A stretch of DNA of 64,000 nucleotides, from positions 1 through 64,000 of IMG/VR virus record IMGVR_UViG_3300028840_002431. One strand, 5' to 3'. Positions 33,088-42,346 of this stretch are shown here, piece by piece (within the stretch, counting starts at the first letter, position 1; each line of letters opens with the position of its first letter). The position numbers were made by a program, and so were the translations under genes. Below the pieces are notes generated by a model. The model was given only the letters and a program-made list of their open reading frames with translations, had not been told where the DNA came from and searched no databases.

Positions 33088-33721
33088 AGCGGTCCACGCC
33101 CCTATCACTCCACTGCGGTAGGCTCACGGCCCTGAGAATATTGAAATTCTTGGATGCGATTGAGGAGAATATCTTATGGTATGGTTGGAACTGGTCATCA
33201 CCCTCGGCCGCATCCTTAAGAACCTCAACGGCCTTGAAAAACCGATGGCGGACACGTCCTTGTGTTAACTTCAACTTGGACGCCACTTCTGATTGGCACG
33301 TTGTCTGCCACATCCCCACCAAAATATTGATGTCGATTTGCTCAAAGATCTCGGCAAGATCCTTCCGCATGTCCTCTTCCGTGACCGTAGGAATGGACAG
33401 CAAGAACTTGATGCGTTGAATCCCCCGGTCCAGCCGGTAACTGATAGCCGCCTGGGTTACATCGAAGATTTCGGCTATGTCGGCTTGGCGTTTCTTACAG
33501 ACGTAATAGAGATATATAAGATCTGCCTCGCGTTCTGGTATCCGGTCAAGAAGGGGCGCGACAATCGTTTCATAGTCATCAGTGGAGAACAACGCCTCCA
33601 TCTCAGCCTCTTCTTCTTCCCTCTCTAGTCTCTCTCTTTCGTCTATAGGTGTTGGATCAGGTGCTGCAAAACGGTTAGCTAACTCAGCGGGATCGACCGG
33701 AATAACATAGCCACTTGACAT
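33080..33721 (-). CDS. Sigma-70 region 4-like protein with two HTH units
   Basis: LDRIPEREADLIYLYY...QADIAEIFDVTQAAISYRL is a canonical r4 HTH; second unit QSEVASKLKLTQGRVRHRF; AAGGAG SD. Confidence 0.75.
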   Translation of the reverse strand: MSSGYVIPVDPAELANRFAAPDPTPIDERERLEREEEEAEMEALFSTDDYETIVAPLLDRIPEREADLIYLYYVCKKRQADIAEIFDVTQAAISYRLDRGIQRIKFLLSIPTVTEEDMRKDLAEIFEQIDINILVGMWQTTCQSEVASKLKLTQGRVRHRFFKAVEVLKDAAEGDDQFQPYHKIFSSIASKNFNILRAVSLPQWSDRGVDRCV

Positions 33722-33770
33722 CGACTCGACTCCTTGTAACGGCCATCGTAGCCGTATCAGAGGCTCTCCT

Positions 33771-35555
33771 CTAAGGTTGTTTTGGGAAGAACGCAGCTAG
33801 AATAGACTTAGGCTTTACCTCAATACCCTCTAGCTCGGCTTCTGCCCTACTCTGATCTGGATTCGATTCGATCTGTCTGAATGGTACGTCTTTCAGAGCT
33901 AACAAGTCAATGTTTTTAATAACCCGATCCTCGTTAGCACGCAATTTGGAAACCTGACTTTTTCCTAACCCGGCCAAATTAGATCCTAACAGGGCCTCGA
34001 CTGAACCATACAGTTTGATGAGTTTGGAGGCTGTCTTAGGACCAAAGCCGGGGACTCCGGGTATATTATCTGAGGTGTCTCCGCTCAACGCCCGTAGGTG
34101 GATCATACTCTCCGGAGCCACTCCATACTCCCTCTTGACGAGCGCCGGGTTGTATAACCTTTCCTTACCCATCCCCACCTTTGGGCACAACTGGTGAGTG
34201 AACTCCGATACCAACTGTAACAGATCCCTGTCCGTGGAAATCAGCACGTTTGGGCGGCCTTCGAGCGGCCCTCTCACCAGGGCGGCCATAACATCGTCAG
34301 CCTCTTCGTCTGGATTAAACGCCTGAATGACGCCGAATGACGGCAAATTATCTCGAAGCCAATCCATCTCGAAGGTGTTGGCCGCTGCCCCGGACCGCGA
34401 AATCCGGTTGGCCTTGTAGTCAGGGAACATAGCCTTCCGCCGTTGCGACGAACCATCCCAACACACGAAAACCCGCGCCTTCGGGAATCTCTTTTTGTAG
34501 GAGCCAAGGCTTCTTAGAAACCCAACGATGGCACCGGTCGGTCGGCCCTGAGAGTCCGTGAGGTCGCTCAAGCCGGGAGCGGAAAGACATCGAATGTATA
34601 ATTGGGTGCCGTCCACGACCAAATTCATAGGAGTAGGTTCTGTCATTTCTCTTACGTCCGAGTATATCGTAAAGATCTTGGCGCAAGCTTCTGATAGAAA
34701 CCGCACCTCCTGGTGTTTCTGAGACATGAAGCTTAGGTCCGGGAGAGGAGCGCTAACAGTATGAATCTGACTCCGTAAAGAAACCCCTGTCTGTAGGTTT
34801 CGTAGCTCCTGGAACTTGGCCCACAAGGGGTCAAAATCTATCCGGGAATGGTACGCTCTTATAAAATGGTACGTGGCCCGGCTCTTTTCGATCCAACCAT
34901 CCATACGACCGAGATTCCGATGGCCTTCCCGGACCCCTTCCAACTCGGAACCGGACCAGCGGGCTAACATAAGAGCACCCCGCGCCCACTCCGTTAGCTT
35001 TTCCAACTTCGTCCGGTGGACCACGTGAGGAGGTTTTGATTTCAACCTCAAGAACGCTCTGGGTAATGTTACCAACCGATCTGTGGATCTTAATTGAATG
35101 TGGACCGTCACCGAATCGTGCTCATGAATCTCCTCCCGCACGACAGCTTCGATGTTTTTGTAAGGGCCTGAGGTTATAACTACGATGTCGTCAACCTCTA
35201 TGCCCTGATCCACCTCAACCTTTATCTGCTTACGCAGTTGGTCTATCTGCTCCGGGGAGACAGTCGCCAGACGCTTGTCCTTCTTAACTCCGGTCGGAAC
35301 GTATAAAGGTCCCTGGACGTATTTCGTGTCTACCAGCCGGGCGTAGTGGGTCTCCGTGTGCCTGTGTTGAACGAAGGCGTACCCGTCCACAAGGTAATGG
35401 AAAACCCTCTGCTCCCCACGTTGAACCACTGACGCCGGTACGAAAACTTCGGCGTCCCGGATATGATGACGGATCGAATTCCGTACCATATCCGGATCTT
35501 CATTTTCTGCTTTAGAGGTAAGCTCTAATACTACCCACTGGTTTTCCGTACCCAT
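33771..35555 (-). CDS. NusG-like (NGN+KOW) domain fused to a Pol I-type 5'-3' exonuclease / flap endonuclease
   Basis: N-term WVVLEL...EVFVPA...DGYAFV and IEVDDIVVITSGPYKNIEAVV (KOW); C-term VVDG, VCWDG, YKANR, EEADDV, STDRDLLQL, GDTSDNIPGVPGFGPKTA. Confidence 0.85.
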   Translation of the reverse strand: MGTENQWVVLELTSKAENEDPDMVRNSIRHHIRDAEVFVPASVVQRGEQRVFHYLVDGYAFVQHRHTETHYARLVDTKYVQGPLYVPTGVKKDKRLATVSPEQIDQLRKQIKVEVDQGIEVDDIVVITSGPYKNIEAVVREEIHEHDSVTVHIQLRSTDRLVTLPRAFLRLKSKPPHVVHRTKLEKLTEWARGALMLARWSGSELEGVREGHRNLGRMDGWIEKSRATYHFIRAYHSRIDFDPLWAKFQELRNLQTGVSLRSQIHTVSAPLPDLSFMSQKHQEVRFLSEACAKIFTIYSDVREMTEPTPMNLVVDGTQLYIRCLSAPGLSDLTDSQGRPTGAIVGFLRSLGSYKKRFPKARVFVCWDGSSQRRKAMFPDYKANRISRSGAAANTFEMDWLRDNLPSFGVIQAFNPDEEADDVMAALVRGPLEGRPNVLISTDRDLLQLVSEFTHQLCPKVGMGKERLYNPALVKREYGVAPESMIHLRALSGDTSDNIPGVPGFGPKTASKLIKLYGSVEALLGSNLAGLGKSQVSKLRANEDRVIKNIDLLALKDVPFRQIESNPDQSRAEAELEGIEVKPKSILAAFFPKQP

Positions 35556-35581
35556 CCCACTTTTCGACTACACTGCGAAAA

Positions 35582-36988
35582 TTACTTTAGCAACGGAGAC
35601 TGTATCTTTTTTCGTAAAAGGGCTTCGAATTTCCTACGCCACTCAGCCGGTGACATCACCTTGTGTTCCCGGTTTCTCGGTGGCCGCGCTGTCATATCTG
35701 ACTCTCTGCTTCGGGGCATCTCCGCGTTAACGACGTGCTTCTCGATGTCCGTTGGTACAGTAGGGTCCGCGAACTCGTCAACAATTTGAGGAGGCGGATC
35801 TGACTTTTTAACGGTCTCGGCCTTCACTTGTTCTTGCTCTTGAGGCTTAGGCTGCTCCTGTTCTTTGGGTTTGGGTTGCTCTGGCTCTGGCCCGTTGGAT
35901 TGCTTCTTACTGCCCGAGAAGACCACAGGAGGCGACGGTTTGTCTGTTGGAAGGTTGCCTGGGAGTTGAGAAAAAACGACGGCGTCTCTGACGAGACTTA
36001 ACTTGGTCGTGTACTTAGAACCCAAGAACCAGTAAGCAAAGCGGACAACATCTGAGCCGTATTTGGCGTGAACCTTCTCAGCTAACCCTTTATCAACGAA
36101 CGAGAAATCAGCGTAAATGCCACTGGCCACCCGGTACGTGTTCATGGCCGCTTCGGCTATACCCGCAGACACTTCTTCCGGCGTCACCATCTCACACGCC
36201 TGATCGATTAGCTCTATGGTTTGCTTGGGATCGTCCAGATGTAACAGGATCTGGTAGTAGAGGGTAACAACAGACAAGTGGAGATAGGACCGCACGTTGT
36301 CTATCGTCACGTCGCCCAACTGCGAAATCATCTCCAGCTTGTTTATTACGTCCCGGACATGGCCGTCAGAATGGTCGATGACGATGTAGACAGCGTCATC
36401 CTCGAACTTGACCTCCTCCTTCTCCAGAATCATACGCATCCGTTGGAGGACCTCGTCCCTTGTGACCTTACGGATCGTGTACTCCTCGCAACGAGACCGG
36501 ATCGCACCACGGATCTTTTCCGCCTCCGTGGTGCAAAACATCCCGATCATCTTCTTGTCCTCGATCGGTTTCAGGAGCACATCTTGAGCCGCCACGCTCA
36601 TCCGGTGGGACTCGTCAAAGAGGTAGATACGCTTTGGGGCGTTCTCCAAAACGTAAGGCAATTCCTCTATGATTTTACGAACGTGCTCGACGGTACCGTG
36701 GCTCGCAGCATCCCGCTCCGTGAACGGCCCCGGCTGTTCTTCCAGGATCGTGGTGCAATTATCACACTTGTTACACGGCTCAGGATCGCTGGTATCCAGG
36801 TCTTGACAAAGCATCGCCCTCGCGTGAATCCGGCTTACGGTGGTCTTACCCCGGCCGAAAGCTCCCGCGAAGATATAGCTTGTGTCGAAAGCCGTCCCGT
36901 TCTTTAGGCGAGCCTTCAGGAGACGGACGTTACCGTCTTGACCTAGGACATCAGCAAACCGTAAAGGTCTGTAAACAGTATCCCACAA
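35582..36988 (-). CDS. dnaX: DNA polymerase III gamma/tau subunit
   Basis: YRPLRFADVLGQ, GAFGRGKTT, Zn cluster CQD...PCNKCDNC, YLFDESH, IRSRC. Confidence 0.92.
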   Translation of the reverse strand: MWDTVYRPLRFADVLGQDGNVRLLKARLKNGTAFDTSYIFAGAFGRGKTTVSRIHARAMLCQDLDTSDPEPCNKCDNCTTILEEQPGPFTERDAASHGTVEHVRKIIEELPYVLENAPKRIYLFDESHRMSVAAQDVLLKPIEDKKMIGMFCTTEAEKIRGAIRSRCEEYTIRKVTRDEVLQRMRMILEKEEVKFEDDAVYIVIDHSDGHVRDVINKLEMISQLGDVTIDNVRSYLHLSVVTLYYQILLHLDDPKQTIELIDQACEMVTPEEVSAGIAEAAMNTYRVASGIYADFSFVDKGLAEKVHAKYGSDVVRFAYWFLGSKYTTKLSLVRDAVVFSQLPGNLPTDKPSPPVVFSGSKKQSNGPEPEQPKPKEQEQPKPQEQEQVKAETVKKSDPPPQIVDEFADPTVPTDIEKHVVNAEMPRSRESDMTARPPRNREHKVMSPAEWRRKFEALLRKKIQSPLLK

Positions 36989-37005
36989 CCCCTTGGTCCC
37001 CCGGT

Positions 37006-37488
37006 CTACTGTTCTTGCGTGTCTACTGTGGAATCGACAACCTCTTGAACGCGCTCTTCGATGTTGAGCCGCTGGGCGACCTCCACCATACCCATCAAGG
37101 TGTCGGTCCAGGCCCCATGCCGATGAAGGATACTCGTGAACTCCCTTACATCCGGCTCACGCATAGACCACTTGAACTCTCCGGTATCCTCATCTTCGTC
37201 CCCGGTGCAACACTCCAGAAGGTGGTCCACAAGGGCCGTTTGCTGACGCTCAGTCATCTCGTTCCAGACCTCAAGAGCCACCTCGATAATGAAATCCTTC
37301 TCAAGTAGGAACTCCATCGCGCCAGTGACCTTTTTAGACTTCCCGCCGACAGGAACCCCGTTTTTCTTGCTGGCCACGTCCACACAAATGTATTGAATTC
37401 GGGCGGTCGCCAGTTCCGGGTGGTACGACGGAATCAGTTTTTTAGCGATCTCTTCCACCATCTCGGCGGGGCCATACAGTTTTGGCAT
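37006..37488 (-). CDS. Phage metallopeptidase-like protein with degenerate HExxH
   Basis: DFIIEV...W......ALVDHLLECC...W....PDVREF..I..RHGAW matches the phage putative metallopeptidase pattern, but HELxH reads HLLEC. Confidence 0.6.
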   Translation of the reverse strand: MPKLYGPAEMVEEIAKKLIPSYHPELATARIQYICVDVASKKNGVPVGGKSKKVTGAMEFLLEKDFIIEVALEVWNEMTERQQTALVDHLLECCTGDEDEDTGEFKWSMREPDVREFTSILHRHGAWTDTLMGMVEVAQRLNIEERVQEVVDSTVDTQEQ

Positions 37489-37499
37489 GTTACTCTCTC

Positions 37500-38207
37500 C
37501 TAAAAAGGGTTTTCGCGTTCTATTGCGGACCGGATGAAAGGAATAATTTGCCTGTCACCCCATTCTTCCCATAACTCGCCTGGGTCTTTTACTCGCTCCC
37601 CGTTCGCCTTGAGCACTTTGGGGTACTCCACTATATACACCTCAAAGTCACGCTTATTTTTCGAACGGAAGATTTCGCACCCTTTTCTTCCCGGCCCGTC
37701 CATGTCGTAACCTACCCAGACCCGTTGGACGAGGCGACGGAGAAGCCGCACCGTGGCCTTGTTCGTGAAAGCCGTCATCGTGGAGACCACGAACGGGGCC
37801 GCCCTCTGGATTGGCGGAAGGTCAAAAGGCCCCTCAACCAACCAGACAGACCTGGACTCCCACATGGCCTCAATGGCTTGGGCCAGCCCAAAAAGACAAG
37901 GTTCCCGACGATCTAACAGAAAGTCCGTGTACCCTGTACGTTCTTTGACCACATGCCGAAACTCGAAGCCCCGCACCTCCCCCAAGGTTGTGGTCAAAGG
38001 GAAGACGAAAACATCGTCCAGCTTGTCCCCGAATTTGGACCACTCAAGAAAATGACTCGGGAGACCGCCCGGCAGCACCCGATTTAGATGGCCGATCTGA
38101 TACGTCTCGATCTGGGCGTCGGACACCCCTCTGGTTAACAGGGCCTTCCGCTCCCGCTCAGAGAGCCGGTCCGCTGCGAACCGGGCCAGATCGTCCGCCC
38201 ACGTCAC
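37500..38207 (-). CDS. dnaG: DnaG-type primase catalytic core (TOPRIM), no zinc-binding domain
   Basis: RG......YQIG, FVFPL...GEVRGFEFR, LFGL, VWLVEGPFD, YDMDGPG, KDPGE. Confidence 0.8.
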   Translation of the reverse strand: MTWADDLARFAADRLSERERKALLTRGVSDAQIETYQIGHLNRVLPGGLPSHFLEWSKFGDKLDDVFVFPLTTTLGEVRGFEFRHVVKERTGYTDFLLDRREPCLFGLAQAIEAMWESRSVWLVEGPFDLPPIQRAAPFVVSTMTAFTNKATVRLLRRLVQRVWVGYDMDGPGRKGCEIFRSKNKRDFEVYIVEYPKVLKANGERVKDPGELWEEWGDRQIIPFIRSAIERENPF

Positions 38208-38734
38208 GTGACCACCACAAACGCCCTATCAACACTCTGGGCCAGTATTGAGACGTGCCCCCCGATCCTGACGTAAGAACCAGCATCCTTGGGGTCAGCG
38301 ACAACGAGAGCCTTACAAGGTAGGGCAGAAATAACTACCCGAAGGCCCTCCGGAGGGTCGAGAAGCTCCTCCGGGACCACCACTACAGCCGGGGTAAGAC
38401 CCGCTCGCCTCATCCTTTCCAAGGCACCCTGGATGGAGTCGGAGGTGTTGTCCCACCCGGCTCGTGATCCTTCTTTAACTAGGGTCCGGCAGAACTCGCT
38501 AAGGAGTAACGTCTCCTGATCCAGGGGGCACTCATAAAACCCATGACGCGCATACCCTTCCCCGGACACCCGCGTCAGTAGAAAATTACCCCCCATATTG
38601 GTTGTCAACAACGGCTCGACGGAAGCGTCCTCCGGAACCTGACATTCCCCCATTGCCGGAACCGAGAAGCCAACGTTCGCGGCTCGTTGCCGGTGACGTT
38701 CTACGATGAACAACTGAGAGAGAGCAGACAACAT
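38204..38734 (-). CDS. Hypothetical protein
   Basis: 176-aa ORF coupled to both neighbours. Confidence 0.65.
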   Translation of the reverse strand: MLSALSQLFIVERHRQRAANVGFSVPAMGECQVPEDASVEPLLTTNMGGNFLLTRVSGEGYARHGFYECPLDQETLLLSEFCRTLVKEGSRAGWDNTSDSIQGALERMRRAGLTPAVVVVPEELLDPPEGLRVVISALPCKALVVADPKDAGSYVRIGGHVSILAQSVDRAFVVVT

Positions 38735-38736
38735 AA

Positions 38737-39249
38737 CTACTCCGAAGGCAAAGTTGGGGTTGTTATTTTCACGAGAGGGTCCGGCCGAATTCTAAGGAAC
38801 CAGAACCAAATAGCTTTCCACCAGGGGAGTGACGGCATCGTCTCAGATCCTAACGCCCAGAGAAGACCGTAAACTTCGGCCATGTTCTCGGCCACCCAAT
38901 CGAGATCGGTTATCTGACGGTAAAACTCCTCGCTGATAGACTCCCGTGTGGAAGCCAGATCGAAGTAGGGGCACCGTTGAGCATCAATCGGATCTTCGCA
39001 GATTGTCCCTCCCCACTCCGCTGGGTCAGACGAATTAAGCATACACAACCCGATGACAGGCGAGGAAACGGATGTCCGGTTGTAATTTTCGTTTGGCTCC
39101 CCCGCCACCTCCTTACGCAAATCCAACGGCTGCCGATGGTTGTGTATGCAGTTGTACGGCACACGGGCACACGCCTGAGACACCCTACGATCTAACTCCT
39201 CCGACAACAGGTGTCGGATTCGGTTCTGGATTTCAGATTCAGACCGCAC
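38737..39249 (-). CDS. Hypothetical Cys/His-containing protein
   Basis: NCIHNH...CML...ICED...RCPYF; Trp-rich hydrophobic segment near the C-terminus. Confidence 0.65.
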   Translation of the reverse strand: MRSESEIQNRIRHLLSEELDRRVSQACARVPYNCIHNHRQPLDLRKEVAGEPNENYNRTSVSSPVIGLCMLNSSDPAEWGGTICEDPIDAQRCPYFDLASTRESISEEFYRQITDLDWVAENMAEVYGLLWALGSETMPSLPWWKAIWFWFLRIRPDPLVKITTPTLPSE

Positions 39250-39916
39250 GTGTTTCCCGTTGTAGTTTCAGATAACGCTGCCCGTCGTCTGTGGTGATCT
39301 CGGAGCCTTTGTAGCCAATCACAGCATGTTCAAGGAAAGCCGCCTTGTGGGTCACAAGCAAAACCTCTATCCCAGTCTTGGTGGCCAACTGTTTCAGAAA
39401 CAGACCCGTCCGATCGATGTACTCATCCGACACGGCAGCAAGAGTCTCGTCGAGCGCCAATAAAGGCCACTTGTTGAGACGCCGCAAAGCTAACACTCTC
39501 AAGATAAGCGACGCGATACTCGCCGGGCCTCCCCCAAACGCTTCCAGCGGGTGGCCCTTAATCTCTGCCTTCTGGTCGGCCTGTTTCAGACAGAAGTCTA
39601 TGGCCAGTTTGTTGTAACGCTGCCCTACTTCGGCCTCAAAGGATAAGTTTTGGTCCACGAAAATGGTGCGTAAACCCTCCGTGATCACACTCTCTATTGA
39701 ACGCACGTGATCCATGACGAGTTGATCCATCAATACCCGGAACAACTCGCCAACCTTTGACAAAACGTCTATCTTCCACGCGAGATCCTTGACCTCCTGT
39801 TCCCGCGTGTCCAGGTCCCGTTGAGTCTGGTCCCGCAGGGCCTGAAGACCGGAAGCGGTTTCCCTAAGCGCCTTGACCCTTAATCTATTCCCGGCGTGAA
39901 GCGTGTCACATTGCAT
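39239..39916 (-). CDS. SbcC/Rad50 ATPase, C-terminal half
   Basis: Short coiled coil, signature variant AFGGG, Walker B LALDE, H-loop VTH; no Walker A. Confidence 0.85.
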   Translation of the reverse strand: MQCDTLHAGNRLRVKALRETASGLQALRDQTQRDLDTREQEVKDLAWKIDVLSKVGELFRVLMDQLVMDHVRSIESVITEGLRTIFVDQNLSFEAEVGQRYNKLAIDFCLKQADQKAEIKGHPLEAFGGGPASIASLILRVLALRRLNKWPLLALDETLAAVSDEYIDRTGLFLKQLATKTGIEVLLVTHKAAFLEHAVIGYKGSEITTDDGQRYLKLQRETRAV

Positions 39917-41136
39917 ACGTGTACCCCTTCCGCCACGTTCTCTGCCCCGCTCCCACCAGCAATGGTGCCGTCGTCGCTCAGAAGGAACTCATCGATCGTT
40001 CGGAACATGTAGAGGTCCTTCGGCCGCTTCTCACCGGCTTCCAGAATATAGATTCTGAATTCCACCCACTCGCCCTTCACATTCTCGAAGAGGTGAAGCA
40101 TGTGGTTGACGTTGACGTTGGCCGCGAGTTCCTCTTTTACCTGGGACTCTATGACTTGGTCGATGTTGACCGGGAGACTCTTTATGGTGTTACCCTCATC
40201 AACACTTGAGAACCAGAACTTTTCCGATGACGGATCGAAATGAAGACGGATCTTCTTCTTCTCCTTGTGCAAACCAGCCCTCATGAATTGCAACTGGTAG
40301 TGCATCCTCTTACAGTTGACCTTCACAACAACCTGATCGGTCTTTGAGTAGTATCCGAACTTCTTCCACGTGTCCTCGTGGTGCGGCCAACCGATAACGT
40401 CCTCCTTCTCGTTAACGGCGTACGTACACTTGGCCGTCTTGTATGCCTTAATACTTCCAGACGACTGGCCCATGAAGGATTCTAACAACGGGAGGTGTTG
40501 GCCCGGCGCTACCAACCCCTTTCCCAAAAACGCCTCACTGTAAAAGTAAAAGGCTTCGGTGCCGTTGGACGAAAAGAGAAACCCATTAGCCTTCTTGGCT
40601 AGTTCCGGCTCGCCGTCGTCCCCGAATATCTGGATGGTTTTATAGAACTCGTTTGAGACCGCCTCATTGGGCTTGGCCGCGAAGTTCTTAGCCATCCCAA
40701 TGGCCATTTGTAAGGTCTTTATGTTGTAGACCTTAGGCTCGTCGGACATGGCGTTCTGGATGTCCTTCTCAAACAAGTTCATCGAGCGTGGATCGAACGA
40801 GGCGCGAACCGTCTCACCGGAAGAACCGAAAGTGTACTTGACTTTGAAAGTCTCTCCCTCAGACGTGGCCGTGAACGTAATAGGTTCCGACACGAACGCG
40901 AACTCGCCTATATAATCGGCGGGGTACATGAACGAGCCTTCGCCTTCCACGTCCGTAACAGGGAAGCTGGTCCGGACTTCGTGGCCGCCATTCTTAGAAT
41001 AGATCTTGCACACGTCCCCGCTCACCACGAAGAGAAATCCCCTCTCCTGTTCCGCAGTCATCTGCGGACTGATGATAGAGGACATCTTGAGTGCTTTGTT
41101 CAGTTGCTCAGCATCAACCGTAAATTTGATTTCCAT
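39880..41136 (-). CDS. dnaN: DNA polymerase III beta-type sliding clamp
   Basis: 418 aa; IKFTVDAEQLNKALK N-terminus, three-domain periodicity, ANVNVNHMLHLF...WVEFRI C-terminal pattern; clamp-loader genes in the same module. Confidence 0.7.
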   Translation of the reverse strand: MEIKFTVDAEQLNKALKMSSIISPQMTAEQERGFLFVVSGDVCKIYSKNGGHEVRTSFPVTDVEGEGSFMYPADYIGEFAFVSEPITFTATSEGETFKVKYTFGSSGETVRASFDPRSMNLFEKDIQNAMSDEPKVYNIKTLQMAIGMAKNFAAKPNEAVSNEFYKTIQIFGDDGEPELAKKANGFLFSSNGTEAFYFYSEAFLGKGLVAPGQHLPLLESFMGQSSGSIKAYKTAKCTYAVNEKEDVIGWPHHEDTWKKFGYYSKTDQVVVKVNCKRMHYQLQFMRAGLHKEKKKIRLHFDPSSEKFWFSSVDEGNTIKSLPVNIDQVIESQVKEELAANVNVNHMLHLFENVKGEWVEFRIYILEAGEKRPKDLYMFRTIDEFLLSDDGTIAGGSGAENVAEGVHVCNVTRFTPGID

Positions 41137-41143
41137 GTGTTCC

Positions 41144-41413
41144 TCATTTCTGTTGGAATTGCGCGAGAGCCTCTTCGACCTCGGTCAAAGACTCATCCAG
41201 TCTCGTGATCATATCCTCCAACTCCTTCTTCGCCTGATCACGTTCCTGGGCAATTTTCTTAGGGTCATACCCGGCGTCTTTTATCTCCTGGACAATGGCA
41301 GCCAACTCTTGTTTCTTGGCTTCCAGTTGGCCAGACAGACTCGCCTTTTTCTGGACAACGTCGTTGTATCTTCGTTGTAAGTCCTCGATTCTCTTTTTAA
41401 CAGTATCGGCCAT
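41144..41413 (-). CDS. Small coiled-coil protein
   Basis: 89 aa with continuous heptads broken once by GYDP; GAGGTG SD. Confidence 0.75.
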   Translation of the reverse strand: MADTVKKRIEDLQRRYNDVVQKKASLSGQLEAKKQELAAIVQEIKDAGYDPKKIAQERDQAKKELEDMITRLDESLTEVEEALAQFQQK

Positions 41414-41446
41414 AGATGTCGCACCTCGTGGTTTATCCCAAGGGGG

Positions 41447-42346
41447 TCAGAAACTGACCTCCCCCTCCTCTACACCACGATTCCGGTCTTCCAGAATCTG
41501 GGTTTTAGTATTATCGGACAACACTCTTGTGCCCTCCGGACAGACGGCCTGGAAATCACAAAGACGGCAATTGGAACCCGGCGAAGCCAGAAAACACACG
41601 CCCGGCTCACTTCCCCGGAGCTTCCGTTTCGCCCCCTCAATCTTGCCGATGGCTTCCAGCGCCGCGTTTTTAAGGTCGTCCAATTGCTTCTGGGTCGCGT
41701 CAACCCAATCCAGGCACTCCTTTGGCTCGAAACGCCAGTAAAGGAACGCCAGCCGGTCGGGGACCACACCCTTCTTCATCTGGTACAACATGGCGTACCA
41801 CCGCAATTGGCGCTCGTCTGTGTACCTATCCCGCCAGCGGGACCCCTTCCCATCCAGGAGGACCAAATCGTTATGAGGTTTGATGCGACGAATTATGAAG
41901 TCAGCCCGACCAGCAAGGGTGTGCCCTCGGACAGAAGTATTTAGAACAACCTCGGCGTGTGCCTCTACCCCCATGAGCCGGTGTGCTTTGATGCCCCGAA
42001 TCCCTCTAGGAATGGTCTCTCTGACCTCTTGTTCTACCTCCTCTATCGACCTCGAACCCGGTTTCAGACCCGGTTCGTTCCAATCGAAGACACCGCCCCT
42101 CCGAATCTCCTGGACGACAACCTTGTTCAACACAGGCCGCACAAGATCCAACATATGGAGTGCGGCGTTGCGCTTAGTCCAGATCCTATCCTCGTAATAC
42201 TTTTCGAAGAGCTTTCCGACCACGTCCCCATAGAGCATGTGTACACGATTACCCGGCTCCGGGAGTTTCGGTTTACCGATATACCGGTAGTAGTAGGCTC
42301 TTGCGCACTGTCTAAAGACAGAGAAACCGGAGTAAGATAAATACAC
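41447..42346 (-). CDS. PD-(D/E)XK nuclease (RecB-like)
   Basis: YLSYSGFSVFRQC, LAGRADFI, LLDGKGS, QLRWYA, C-terminal CRLCDFQAVC. Confidence 0.85.
   Translation of the reverse strand: MYLSYSGFSVFRQCARAYYYRYIGKPKLPEPGNRVHMLYGDVVGKLFEKYYEDRIWTKRNAALHMLDLVRPVLNKVVVQEIRRGGVFDWNEPGLKPGSRSIEEVEQEVRETIPRGIRGIKAHRLMGVEAHAEVVLNTSVRGHTLAGRADFIIRRIKPHNDLVLLDGKGSRWRDRYTDERQLRWYAMLYQMKKGVVPDRLAFLYWRFEPKECLDWVDATQKQLDDLKNAALEAIGKIEGAKRKLRGSEPGVCFLASPGSNCRLCDFQAVCPEGTRVLSDNTKTQILEDRNRGVEEGEVSF

Noticed and set aside
35606-35612. A-AAA-AAG slippery heptamer in dnaX (as in the E. coli gamma/tau frameshift)
   Set aside because: It lies only 8 codons before the stop. The -1 frame stops 12 codons later without joining the next gene, and I saw no clear stimulatory hairpin.
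41447-42346. PD-(D/E)XK nuclease as Cas4 or a CRISPR component
   Set aside because: There are no cas genes or arrays in the window, and the context (sbcD, clamp, recA) indicates recombination. Only part of a Cys cluster is present.
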